Source: Oligoflexales bacterium
GTDB taxonomy: Bacteria > Bdellovibrionota_B > Oligoflexia > Oligoflexales > Bog-1112
Direction of reading: 5' to 3'
Assembly: GCA_045105515.1 (NCBI GenBank)
Contig: JBGCDR010000036.1
Location: 14,816 to 78,815, forward strand
DNA length: 64,000 nucleotides
A program made the position numbers and the translations under genes. Below the pieces are notes generated by a model. The model was not told the DNA's origin, did no database searches, and saw nothing but the letters and a program-made list of their open reading frames with translations. Shown here piece by piece: positions 48,450-57,277 of this stretch (position 1 is the first letter of the stretch; each line of letters starts with the position of its first letter).

Positions 48450-50300
48450 ATGCCTGGTATCGAGGATGTCAAAAACCGTATTCTAGGAAAAGCGCCGCTC
48501 GAAACGTTGGTCGGTGAATTTGTTAATTTAACAAAAAAAGCAGGTCGTTATACAGCATGCTGCCCTTTTCACGCAGAAAAGACTGCAAGTTTCTACCTCT
48601 ATGACGATCATTATCATTGCTTTGGTTGCGGAGCACATGGCGATGTTATTTCTTTTGTCCAATCACAACAAGGGCTTGGCTTTATAGATGCACTAAAATG
48701 GCTGGCCAACAAATTTAGCATCCCAGTTCCAGAGCTTGAGCGTAGTTCGCGAGATTTTAGCGAATGGAAAAAACACGCAAAACTTGGAAAGATTCTGCTG
48801 GAGGCTCAAGACTATTTTGTAGCTAATTTAAGTGCTCCGAATGGGCAAGCTGCCCGTGATTACCTCTTGAATCGGGGTTTCGCGAAAGAATCATGGGCTA
48901 AAATAGGATTTGGCTATGCCGCTGATTCTAGCCAAGACCTGATTTCTAAGTTACAGAATCACGGATATGAAATGTCGGAGCTAGAGGCTGTGTCCCTAGC
49001 AAGTGTCTTTCAGGGGCGCTCCTATGACTTTTTTCGCCATCGCTTGACTATTCCAATAAGGGATACTCATGGCCGTTTGATTGCTTTTGGTGGCCGAGCG
49101 TTGGGACAGCAGCAGCAGAAATATAAAAACAGCCGTTATGACAAAAGTGCTACCCTATTTGCCATGGATCTTGCCCGCAAAGAAATGCGCAATAAGCTTC
49201 GGGGAATTGTCGTTGAAGGCTACTTAGATGCTCTTAAAATGCATGAATATGGATATGGTGAAACCGTAGCCTGCCAAGGTACTGCCCTTACTCGTGAGCA
49301 TATGCGGAGCATGAACTCTGCAACAAGTATGGTTTACCTGCTATTTGATGGTGATCAAGCTGGGCGCAATGCTTCACTCAAACTTGTTTCTGATAGCCTG
49401 GACTATCCAGAGCTTCAATTTAAGGTAGCTCTTCTGCCAATGGGTGAAGATCCCGATAGCTATTTACGTGCACATGGGCGAGAAGCACTTGATGAGGTTT
49501 TTGCAAAAGCTCAAGGATTGATTGATTTTGCCATAACTCAACGGCTCCAGGAAAGCCATAGTGGGGCCATTCCAAATCTTATCAATAAGGAATTTGTGCC
49601 TTGGCTATCTAGTATTCGTGATCCTATTCAAAGAAGTTTTTTACTTGAGAAAGTTTCGCGTTTAACTGGAGTAGAATCGCGCTTGATAAATGCAGCTGTG
49701 GCTGGCAAAGAGTGGAAGGAAGAAAAGTTTGTCGAAGAGAACGAATCGCCAAGCGATAAAAAACTCTTAGAAGGTGAAGGCCAAAATACAAGTAAGGACC
49801 CGCTAAGCATGCCAGCGGCGCCACTGGCAAATCTCGCATTTGAGTTCTTTGGACACATTTATTACGCTCGACCTGACGAGCAAATCGACCTTGAACTAAT
49901 TGAAAAGTTTCTAGAAAATTCTCTGGAAGTGGATGAATTGTGGCTTTTTTTTGCCAAGGAAATGATTTCTTGTTTAAGAAAGGGGCTTAGTTCATTCGAA
50001 CAAGACCAAGCTTACTGGGTCAGTTCACAGGCTTCCCAGGTTATAGAATTAACCTCCAAATTAAAGCAATTAAAGTTGGCATTCAAATTGAAAAATAGAA
50101 AAAAAATGCTCGAACGCTTGATGTTGCTGGATAGACAAAATAAGATAAAGAATACAATAACTTCAATCAAAGACAGCATGGTCGTTGCACAGTCTGGTTC
50201 AGCCGAAGGAAATGGTGAATGGAAACGCCTAGGACAGCACTTTCTTCAGGCTCACCAGGAATTGCGAAGGGTGCAAAAAGAGCTTGAAAGTACCAAGTAA
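48450..50300 (+). CDS. dnaG: DNA primase
   Basis: CPFHAEKTASF...CFGC zinc finger, AFGGR, KYKNS, and TOPRIM VEGYLD and FDGDQAG. Confidence 0.96.
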   Translation: MPGIEDVKNRILGKAPLETLVGEFVNLTKKAGRYTACCPFHAEKTASFYLYDDHYHCFGCGAHGDVISFVQSQQGLGFIDALKWLANKFSIPVPELERSSRDFSEWKKHAKLGKILLEAQDYFVANLSAPNGQAARDYLLNRGFAKESWAKIGFGYAADSSQDLISKLQNHGYEMSELEAVSLASVFQGRSYDFFRHRLTIPIRDTHGRLIAFGGRALGQQQQKYKNSRYDKSATLFAMDLARKEMRNKLRGIVVEGYLDALKMHEYGYGETVACQGTALTREHMRSMNSATSMVYLLFDGDQAGRNASLKLVSDSLDYPELQFKVALLPMGEDPDSYLRAHGREALDEVFAKAQGLIDFAITQRLQESHSGAIPNLINKEFVPWLSSIRDPIQRSFLLEKVSRLTGVESRLINAAVAGKEWKEEKFVEENESPSDKKLLEGEGQNTSKDPLSMPAAPLANLAFEFFGHIYYARPDEQIDLELIEKFLENSLEVDELWLFFAKEMISCLRKGLSSFEQDQAYWVSSQASQVIELTSKLKQLKLAFKLKNRKKMLERLMLLDRQNKIKNTITSIKDSMVVAQSGSAEGNGEWKRLGQHFLQAHQELRRVQKELESTK

Positions 50301-50474
50301 AGATTTCTCCCCTTCGTTTGCTGCAAAGTTCCCTGCAAAGTGATTGAAGTAGCTTTGTTAGCAAGTAAGATATCCTCTTTGGAGCTTTAGATTCTAGTCT
50401 TAATACAATAAAACTCTCTAAGATGTTTTGAACTTGCTTAAATTTATCAGGAATGGAATTTTCATAACCCCTCT

Positions 50475-52580
50475 ATGACAGGTTCGAAACTTATGAATGA
50501 TAAGCAAAACAATCATGATGGGCAATCAGGTGACGAAAAATCGCATAAATCTTCATTGAAATCTGATGCAGATTCAAGGTCCAAAGGTGGAGCTATTAAG
50601 CATGCTGGTAAAGAAAAGTCCAAAACTGATCAAGATTTAAAGTCTTCAAAATCGAAAGCTACTAAGAAAAAAACTACAAAAAAAGCAGCAAAGCGTCCCT
50701 TAGGCACCAAAAAGAAACAAACAAAGTCCGCAAAAGATGGAACCGATAAAGAAAAAATTAAGGTTGACCTCTATAAGATTGTTGCTGCCTTGAAAGAAAA
50801 AGCTGAAAAAAATGAAAATATTTTGACTTTCAAAGATATAAAGAATGCTATCCCAACAAAAAAAATAGATTCCGCAGTTGTTGACAGTGTGATGATTGCT
50901 CTCCAAGAAGTTGATATCGAGATAATGGATAGTTCTAATAAAATGGAAGAGACCGTCTTGGTTGATGAGGAAGGAGTTGTTTCAGATTCATCTGATGACA
51001 TTTCAGGTGTTGACTCGGATGATGAAGCTGACTCGGAGTCTGAAAACCTCAAAGCAGAAGATGAAATGTCAACAGATGATGAAGAAGACGACGATAGTGC
51101 AATCAAAGAAGCTAAGAAAATAGCTGATAATAACCTTGGTAGATCTAACGACCCTGTACGAATTTATCTAAGAAAAATGGGAAGTGTAGCATTGCTCTCA
51201 CGTGAAGGTGAGGTTGTCATTGCTAAAAAAATAGAGGCTGCTGAAAATAATATATTAGGAAAACTACTAGATATTAAGGTAGGTCTAGACACTGTCTACA
51301 ATACAGCTAAAAAGTTTGTTGATGGTGAAATTAGGATGAAAAGTTGGATTAAAGGATTTGATGATGATGAAGCTTCAAACAACGAAGAAGTTCATGAAGA
51401 AAAAGTTAGAATCGCAACCGAAGAATTTTTGAAGCTTTATGAAGAGTATTCAAAATTACAAAAAAGGAAGTCAAATTCTGCTAAACATATTGAATCCTTA
51501 GGAGAGAGCAAACAGAATATGTTTGCTTCTTTGAAAGAACTTAATATTAATCGTAGGCTTATGGTTCTTGCAGTTAATTCTCTTGCAACTTTTGCAAATG
51601 CCATGCGCGAAGCAAAGCAGGATATGAGTTACTACGCCAAGAGGATGAAAACCACAACAGATCAGCTTACTAAGCACATTTTGGAAAATCCAAATACTCC
51701 ATTTGGTATTGCAACTGAGCGAGAGTGGACCAGGGTACTGCGCAACTATCAAGCTGCTTTGGAAACACTTGATCGGTGCCACAAAGAAACTGGCATGGAA
51801 ACCGATGAGTTGGAAACAACTTTTTCAGAACTTGTTCAGATGCAAAATGATACTGAAAATGCAAAGAGAGAATTAGTTGAAGCTAATTTACGCTTAGTTG
51901 TCTCAATCGCCAAAAAATATACCAATCGTGGTCTGCAGTTCCTGGATCTTATTCAAGAAGGTAACATTGGTCTCATGAAGGCAGTTGAGAAATTTGAATA
52001 CCGCCGAGGCTATAAATTCTCGACCTATGCCACTTGGTGGATTCGGCAAGCGATTACCCGAGCAATTGCTGATCAGGCGCGAACGATTCGGATCCCTGTA
52101 CACATGATTGAGACTATCAACAAGTTGATTAGGACTAGCCGCTATTTAGTGCAGGAGATGGGAAGAGAGCCTACTCCTGAAGAAATTGCGGCCAGAATGG
52201 AAATGTCTCTTGATAAAGTGCGTAAAGTCCTCAAAATCGCAATTGAACCCATTTCTCTTGAAACTCCTATAGGGGAAGAGGAAGATAATCATATTGGAGA
52301 TTTCTTAGAAGATAAGTCGACGTTTTCTCCATCTGAAAATGTCATATCGGGTTCTTTAGGAGAACAAACACTCAAAGCTCTAGCTACATTGACACCTCGG
52401 GAAGAGAAAGTCTTGAGAATGAGATTTGGAATTGGAGAGAGGAGTGATCACACCCTTGAGGAAGTGGGCCAAAATTTTGATGTGACCCGTGAAAGAATCA
52501 GGCAGATAGAGGCTAAGGCCCTAAGAAAGCTTAGACACCCATCGCGCAGTAAAAAGCTCCGAGCATTTATAGAATCATAA
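50475..52580 (+). CDS. rpoD: Primary sigma factor RpoD with a long basic/acidic N-terminus
   Basis: [36 protein letters not shown] and [19 protein letters not shown]. Confidence 0.98.
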   Translation: MTGSKLMNDKQNNHDGQSGDEKSHKSSLKSDADSRSKGGAIKHAGKEKSKTDQDLKSSKSKATKKKTTKKAAKRPLGTKKKQTKSAKDGTDKEKIKVDLYKIVAALKEKAEKNENILTFKDIKNAIPTKKIDSAVVDSVMIALQEVDIEIMDSSNKMEETVLVDEEGVVSDSSDDISGVDSDDEADSESENLKAEDEMSTDDEEDDDSAIKEAKKIADNNLGRSNDPVRIYLRKMGSVALLSREGEVVIAKKIEAAENNILGKLLDIKVGLDTVYNTAKKFVDGEIRMKSWIKGFDDDEASNNEEVHEEKVRIATEEFLKLYEEYSKLQKRKSNSAKHIESLGESKQNMFASLKELNINRRLMVLAVNSLATFANAMREAKQDMSYYAKRMKTTTDQLTKHILENPNTPFGIATEREWTRVLRNYQAALETLDRCHKETGMETDELETTFSELVQMQNDTENAKRELVEANLRLVVSIAKKYTNRGLQFLDLIQEGNIGLMKAVEKFEYRRGYKFSTYATWWIRQAITRAIADQARTIRIPVHMIETINKLIRTSRYLVQEMGREPTPEEIAARMEMSLDKVRKVLKIAIEPISLETPIGEEEDNHIGDFLEDKSTFSPSENVISGSLGEQTLKALATLTPREEKVLRMRFGIGERSDHTLEEVGQNFDVTRERIRQIEAKALRKLRHPSRSKKLRAFIES

Positions 52581-52654
52581 CGCCAAACTAAAATGCTTGA
52601 TTTTCAGAGCATCTAAAGGTAAGAATGTTTCGTCTTCGGAAGTAGACTTCTTTA

Positions 52655-52731
52655 GGGTCCATAGCTCAGTTGGTTAGAGCAGGGTGCTCATAACTCCAAG
52701 GTCCCTGGTTCAAGTCCAGGTGGACCCACCA
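52655..52731 (+). tRNA. tRNA with CAT anticodon (Ile2 more likely; elongator Met possible)
   Basis: Acceptor GGGTCCA/TGGACCC with G1-C72 (so not an initiator), loop CTCATAA, GGTTCAAGTCC and ACCA end. Lies downstream of rpoD like E. coli ileX. Confidence 0.88.
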
Positions 52732-52773
52732 CTTCCACTCCTAACCCTTAAATCATTATAAAATTTCCCAATA

Positions 52774-53712
52774 TTATTGGTGTTCTAGCAGATGGTCTAT
52801 ACATGGCAGCGGTACATACACCCATTGATAGGGCCCTGTACTATGGCATTCGAGGACTCCTGATGATGGATCAATCTTATAGCCGCTAGTCCGGTATTGG
52901 CATTTACCCTTTGATCCTTGTGGGCTGTCACTACCTAAGATAACATTATTGGTGGGGAGTGAGAAAGAGTTGCGAGGGTGCATCTGCCAGCTCGTTTCGA
53001 TGATATTAGGATCTTCTTCTCCATCTGCCGCAGGTATCTTACTGCCGGTCGCTTCTTCTTGTTCCTGCTTAGCCTTGGCCTTAGCAATCTTTGCGAAACT
53101 ACTAGCGAATTCGCTTTGTTGTACATAGAGATTTGGTTTCGGTCTTTTTGGCTGTGCTACAAGCCGATCTTGAGCTGGAATTCTGATAGTCCAATCTCCT
53201 TTGTAGAAGAAAGAGAGGATGACTCGTCTATCTATTTTGCTTTTTTTCACTACTTTGCAAGATTTAATAATTATATCTCGCGAAGGTCCTGGCCATTTCA
53301 TGCTTTGATCCACGACCCGTCCTACCCGGTAGGGAGTATTCCAGCTAACTAAGGTTCCAAAGTCACCGGGACTAGTAATGACCGTCCATTTGATTTCACC
53401 TTGTCCATTAATATCAGCAAGTTTGAAAGGAACTTTTTTATTAGAGCATATTCGATAATCTGGGCGGTCTTGATCTACTCTGATTGTAAAACAAAACCCT
53501 TTTGGTGGTTTGACAGTAATATATCCTTTCATCAAATGGGGTTTGTTCAAATATTTCCTTTCACGCTGGTCATGTGGGTCTAAATGCACAAGCTCACTAA
53601 AGCTTGGCTCAAAATATGGAGCAAGTTTTCTTTGTCTGGCTTCCCTAGGGAGTGAATCATCAAACAAAGTACTATTTGTGGTGAGAATTGCTTGAGCGAG
53701 CAATAAGTGCAT
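52774..53712 (-). CDS. Hypothetical protein, probably exported, with multiple Cys
   Basis: 312-aa ORF overlapping the upstream gene; no motif recognised. Confidence 0.55.
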   Translation of the reverse strand: MHLLLAQAILTTNSTLFDDSLPREARQRKLAPYFEPSFSELVHLDPHDQRERKYLNKPHLMKGYITVKPPKGFCFTIRVDQDRPDYRICSNKKVPFKLADINGQGEIKWTVITSPGDFGTLVSWNTPYRVGRVVDQSMKWPGPSRDIIIKSCKVVKKSKIDRRVILSFFYKGDWTIRIPAQDRLVAQPKRPKPNLYVQQSEFASSFAKIAKAKAKQEQEEATGSKIPAADGEEDPNIIETSWQMHPRNSFSLPTNNVILGSDSPQGSKGKCQYRTSGYKIDPSSGVLECHSTGPYQWVYVPLPCIDHLLEHQ

Positions 53713-54676
53713 CAGAAAAGTCCATCATGTAGATATCACTTGTATTGTTTACGGTGTACAAAATCAATTTTCCCTGTGGGTGCCAGATAGGCCAGAGTTC
53801 ATCACTGTGTTGGGAGTGAGTAATCCATCTTCCTTGCCCTTTGGTATTGGTTGCTCTCAAATCGTAACGACTTACGACCTTTCCGACCATCCTTGCACCT
53901 GCATAGACTAAAATTCTCTTGCTTGGGTGCCATTGTGGGTGCTTGCCATAGCCAATCACCTTGGGTTTCTTGCCTTCTTTGCTAATATATAAAATTCCTT
54001 TTTGGGTATTCCAAGCGATGCTTTTGCCATCAGGAGAGATTGCAAAGGTTTCAACTGGACTTCTGTCGTCCTCGAGTTTGGACATAATATTCACAGACTT
54101 AAGCATCCACAGGACTCCGTTTTGGGTGACGCACCAGTGACCTTTCTGTGAACGTGTTTTTAGTTGCCATTTTGCTAACCTACTTCCAGGATAAACAATT
54201 TGATGAACATGTAATTTACTAGATGACATGGTTCTAATTTTTAAATCCATGGGATCTAGAGTTATATAACCTGTAGGCTGGGAAATATTCGCAATTTCAA
54301 TACTCTTTCTCAGTTTACTGTCATAAGCCTTGATAGTACTTTCAATCTGTTCAGATTTGTGCTTTTTTATCTGCTCCCTGAAAAATAGTCGATAGCCATG
54401 AGGAGCCCAGAAAAAAGAAGGACCTACTTGAGAATTGCTCACTGAAAAGATTTGCTTGTTTTTGATCTCTAATACTTTGAGCGATTTTTTTTCCTTAGAT
54501 TTTTTTTCAATATAAGCTAAGAAATTAGCTTTGGGTGAAATGCGTAAATGACTAACTGGATTTTTGAAGCGAAATATTGGGATGTTTTTTACTTTTTTTG
54601 GATTTCCAAAAGCAAGTTCTAAGAACCCAAGAAGTCCGACTAAAACTAGGCAAATTATACTTCTTGGGGAATGCAT
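53672..54676 (-). CDS. Exported TolB-like beta-propeller protein
   Basis: Signal peptide and PD40-like blades ISPKANFLAY, WAPHGYRLFF, ISPDGKSIAW, PQWHP and PIWHPQGKLILY. Confidence 0.7.
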   Translation of the reverse strand: MHSPRSIICLVLVGLLGFLELAFGNPKKVKNIPIFRFKNPVSHLRISPKANFLAYIEKKSKEKKSLKVLEIKNKQIFSVSNSQVGPSFFWAPHGYRLFFREQIKKHKSEQIESTIKAYDSKLRKSIEIANISQPTGYITLDPMDLKIRTMSSSKLHVHQIVYPGSRLAKWQLKTRSQKGHWCVTQNGVLWMLKSVNIMSKLEDDRSPVETFAISPDGKSIAWNTQKGILYISKEGKKPKVIGYGKHPQWHPSKRILVYAGARMVGKVVSRYDLRATNTKGQGRWITHSQHSDELWPIWHPQGKLILYTVNNTSDIYMMDFSDALIARSSNSHHK

Positions 54677-54753
54677 CGTGTAAATCCTAACTTAAACGGT
54701 TGTTCAGCTTAAGTGCTATTATAACTAGTTGGAAGGCACTTATAAAATTTTTC

Positions 54754-54780
54754 TCAAGTTTTACTACGCTCATTCGATAA
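54754..54780 (+). promoter_or_regulatory. Putative sigma28 (FliA)-type promoter
   Basis: TCAAGTTT-N11-TTCGATAA upstream of the AGGAGG RBS and ATG 54840. Confidence 0.45.
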
Positions 54781-54839
54781 GCTTTAAGGGTAGGTGTACT
54801 TTGTATATTGTTAATTGAAACCATAGGAGGCTATAACAT

Positions 54840-55211
54840 ATGAATATTAAAATTAATATATTGGGCTTAAGCCTACTGCTTTTTAGTTTCTTGTTTGATC
54901 CGCAAGATGGATTAGCTTTGGGCACTTCTTTGGGAAATCATGAAAAAATTTCCCAGCAAAGTTTTTCTAACAGTAATTTGTTAGCACAAAAATCTCGCAA
55001 GAAAAGACTTTCAGCAGAAGGAAAAATAAGGAAGACTGGGGATAAGACAGTGATTGATTTTGATTCTGTGGATATTGTTGGTGACCGTCGAACTCCCTTG
55101 GGATCGATGATTAATCAAAGTAGAGCTGAAAAAGATTATGATTTTGTCAAAATCAGACTCAGGTGGCATCCTGAAATGAAAAAATCTGCATCAAGTCTAG
55201 ATACTCAATAA
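54840..55211 (+). CDS. Small exported protein resembling myxobacterial gliding protein CglF/GltF
   Basis: Signal peptide and C-terminal KTVIDFDSVDIVG...P.G...VKIR...PEMKKSA, matching the CglF pattern as I recall it. Confidence 0.6.
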   Translation: MNIKINILGLSLLLFSFLFDPQDGLALGTSLGNHEKISQQSFSNSNLLAQKSRKKRLSAEGKIRKTGDKTVIDFDSVDIVGDRRTPLGSMINQSRAEKDYDFVKIRLRWHPEMKKSASSLDTQ

Positions 55212-55801
55212 GCTGTTAAATACGATATCACTTCATCAACTTTTTTTAGTTCTTTAGGTGTTACTTTCAGGTAACGAGCCAATAACCAGCCATGTCTATC
55301 ACCGATATAGATACTAGGAAGCTCTGGGTTGTGGTAAGCTTTGAGAATTTTGTGAGAGGCAATGATTGCAGAGTTTATCTTGAAAGCCTTAGAAAATCCC
55401 AGAGCATCCGACTTAAGATCGTGAGAAAAAATATATGTAAATCTGGTGTTTTTATTAAGGTATCTGCTTTCTAAATCTTGTATGTAACCGATCAGTTGCT
55501 GACATTGAATGCACCAGGAGGCAATAAAAATTATCACATCCAAGACTCCTCGTTGAGGACTTTGTTTGATAAGGTTTCCTGCAAGGTCATAACCTTCAAT
55601 CTTGGGCAAGGTAACCCAGTTATGCACATAATTCTTAGTTTCAATGAAACTATCTGCCTCAGAACTATTTACTTTTTCTTCTTTTTTTTCCTCAGCCAAT
55701 GCTGTTGGTAGCTCGTAGCTTAACTGTGAGAAAAAGATTGCTAGCAGAGCAAAAAAAACAATTTTGGGTAGGCATAACAAGAGATATTTCCTCCTCTGCA
55801 A
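55205..55801 (-). CDS. TlpA/thioredoxin-like exported protein
   Basis: FIASWCIQCQ CxxC and cis-Pro LPSIYIGD...G; N-terminal TM. Confidence 0.75.
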   Translation of the reverse strand: MQRRKYLLLCLPKIVFFALLAIFFSQLSYELPTALAEEKKEEKVNSSEADSFIETKNYVHNWVTLPKIEGYDLAGNLIKQSPQRGVLDVIIFIASWCIQCQQLIGYIQDLESRYLNKNTRFTYIFSHDLKSDALGFSKAFKINSAIIASHKILKAYHNPELPSIYIGDRHGWLLARYLKVTPKELKKVDEVISYLTAY

Positions 55802-55883
55802 CTATTGTACAATAGAAAAGATTCATGGCAGGAACTTTAGAAAACCATAGAATCAGTATGGTTTAGATATTTCAAGGGAAATT

Positions 55884-57137
55884 ATGGAATTCAAGCAGAA
55901 CGAAGATATTGAAAAGTCAAAAATTGCCCAGCACTGGAGCTTTCCCTGGTCAATCATGGATGTTTTGATTGGGGGCAAATCTTCTATTGATCTGTTGGAG
56001 CTCAGTATAGAGTCTGAAAAAGATGCACACCTATTTCTGGAAAGTTACGGCTATTTTCCAGCTTCGGATAAAGATAGGAAAAAAATGCATTCGGTTCTCG
56101 TGGAATCTTTATATTTCATAGAAAAATTTTTGATGCCTAAAGAATGGAGTCATGGTTTAGTGCCACCTGATGAAGTCTTACTTTGCGATGATCCAAGCAA
56201 TCTGCTTATTTATGCATCTCCAAAATTAAATGATGGTTCTCAAGCAAGTAAAGTAAAACAAGCATGGGCATGCGCTACTCTAAAAGTTATGCATACGATT
56301 TCCCATTTGGATGACCTTCATAGACTCAACAATATACAAGAAGCTAGGTCCCAAATTATGGGGCGTTTTCAGAAAGCGCTGTTCAGGGACAAAGATGGAA
56401 AATTATGGTTTGGTAACAAAGAAAGCTATATCGAACTAGCTAGAGTTGACTGGAAGCCCTATAAAACTCGAAATTCAATGATTTTAAAGCTTCTACATAA
56501 ACCTGCTAATGTTGCCGAGACTATTTTCGATTTGCTTGGTGTTAGGATTATCACCAAAAATTTAAGTGAAACCTTACTTGCAGTGAAATTTTTACGGCAG
56601 TTTTATTTGGTAGATTTTGCCAATATACACCCATCTCGGTCACGAAATAATCTCATTGATGTCGATCAGTTTCATATGCATATAGAAACCCTTAAGCAAA
56701 TGCTATTGAATGGGAATATTAGTATTGATGGGTTTGAAGGGATGGTTAAGAAGCTTGATACCCCTGTTAACCTAAGAAAAATAAGTAACCCCCATTCATC
56801 GAGTCACTACCGGTCTATTCAACTAACCTGTCGGCAAAGGGTTCGGTATCTGGATCCCCATACCACTTGGCAAGAAAAACTAAACTATTATTTAAAAGAT
56901 CACTGCTTGTCATCGGATAACAAACAAGCAATATCAGACTTTCTTCGCTTTGCATGTCGCTGGAATCATGCAGAGAATCATAAGGAAATATCTATATTCT
57001 TCCCATTTGAAGTACAGATCATGGATGAGGAGGCTGCTCGCATGATTGAGCAGGGTGAGGCGTCTCATGATAGATATAAGCGAGCACAAATTAGGACAGC
57101 AAGAAGGAGGATTCTATCAAAAGTCTTAAACCTTTGA
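55884..57137 (+). CDS. TIGR04552/TIGR04562-like protein (RelA/SpoT-like nucleotidyltransferase fold)
   Basis: KLLHKPANVAETIFDLLGVRIIT, NPHSSSHYRSIQLT, FPFEVQI and SHDRYK. Confidence 0.7.
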   Translation: MEFKQNEDIEKSKIAQHWSFPWSIMDVLIGGKSSIDLLELSIESEKDAHLFLESYGYFPASDKDRKKMHSVLVESLYFIEKFLMPKEWSHGLVPPDEVLLCDDPSNLLIYASPKLNDGSQASKVKQAWACATLKVMHTISHLDDLHRLNNIQEARSQIMGRFQKALFRDKDGKLWFGNKESYIELARVDWKPYKTRNSMILKLLHKPANVAETIFDLLGVRIITKNLSETLLAVKFLRQFYLVDFANIHPSRSRNNLIDVDQFHMHIETLKQMLLNGNISIDGFEGMVKKLDTPVNLRKISNPHSSSHYRSIQLTCRQRVRYLDPHTTWQEKLNYYLKDHCLSSDNKQAISDFLRFACRWNHAENHKEISIFFPFEVQIMDEEAARMIEQGEASHDRYKRAQIRTARRRILSKVLNL

Positions 57138-57196
57138 TTTAAGCCCCTATTACCTACTGTTTTTGTAGGATAAATCAAGGGATTACTTGCCTAAAA

Positions 57197-57224
57197 CTTG
57201 TGAATTGATTACTCTCCCCCTTTA
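57197..57224 (+). promoter_or_regulatory. Putative sigma32-type heat-shock promoter of lon
   Basis: CTTGTG-N14-CCCCTT against the consensus CTTGAA-N13-17-CCCCAT; favours ATG 57278 as the lon start. Confidence 0.35.
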
Positions 57225-57277
57225 GTATGCCGGTTTTAGTTCATTCCAAAAAAAACACAAGGCTAGCGTGTAAGCAT

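Noticed and set aside
50475..51120. Low-complexity K-rich and D/E-rich region of rpoD as a separate element
   Set aside because: It is an in-frame N-terminal extension of a kind common in primary sigma factors, with no nucleotide-level repeat.
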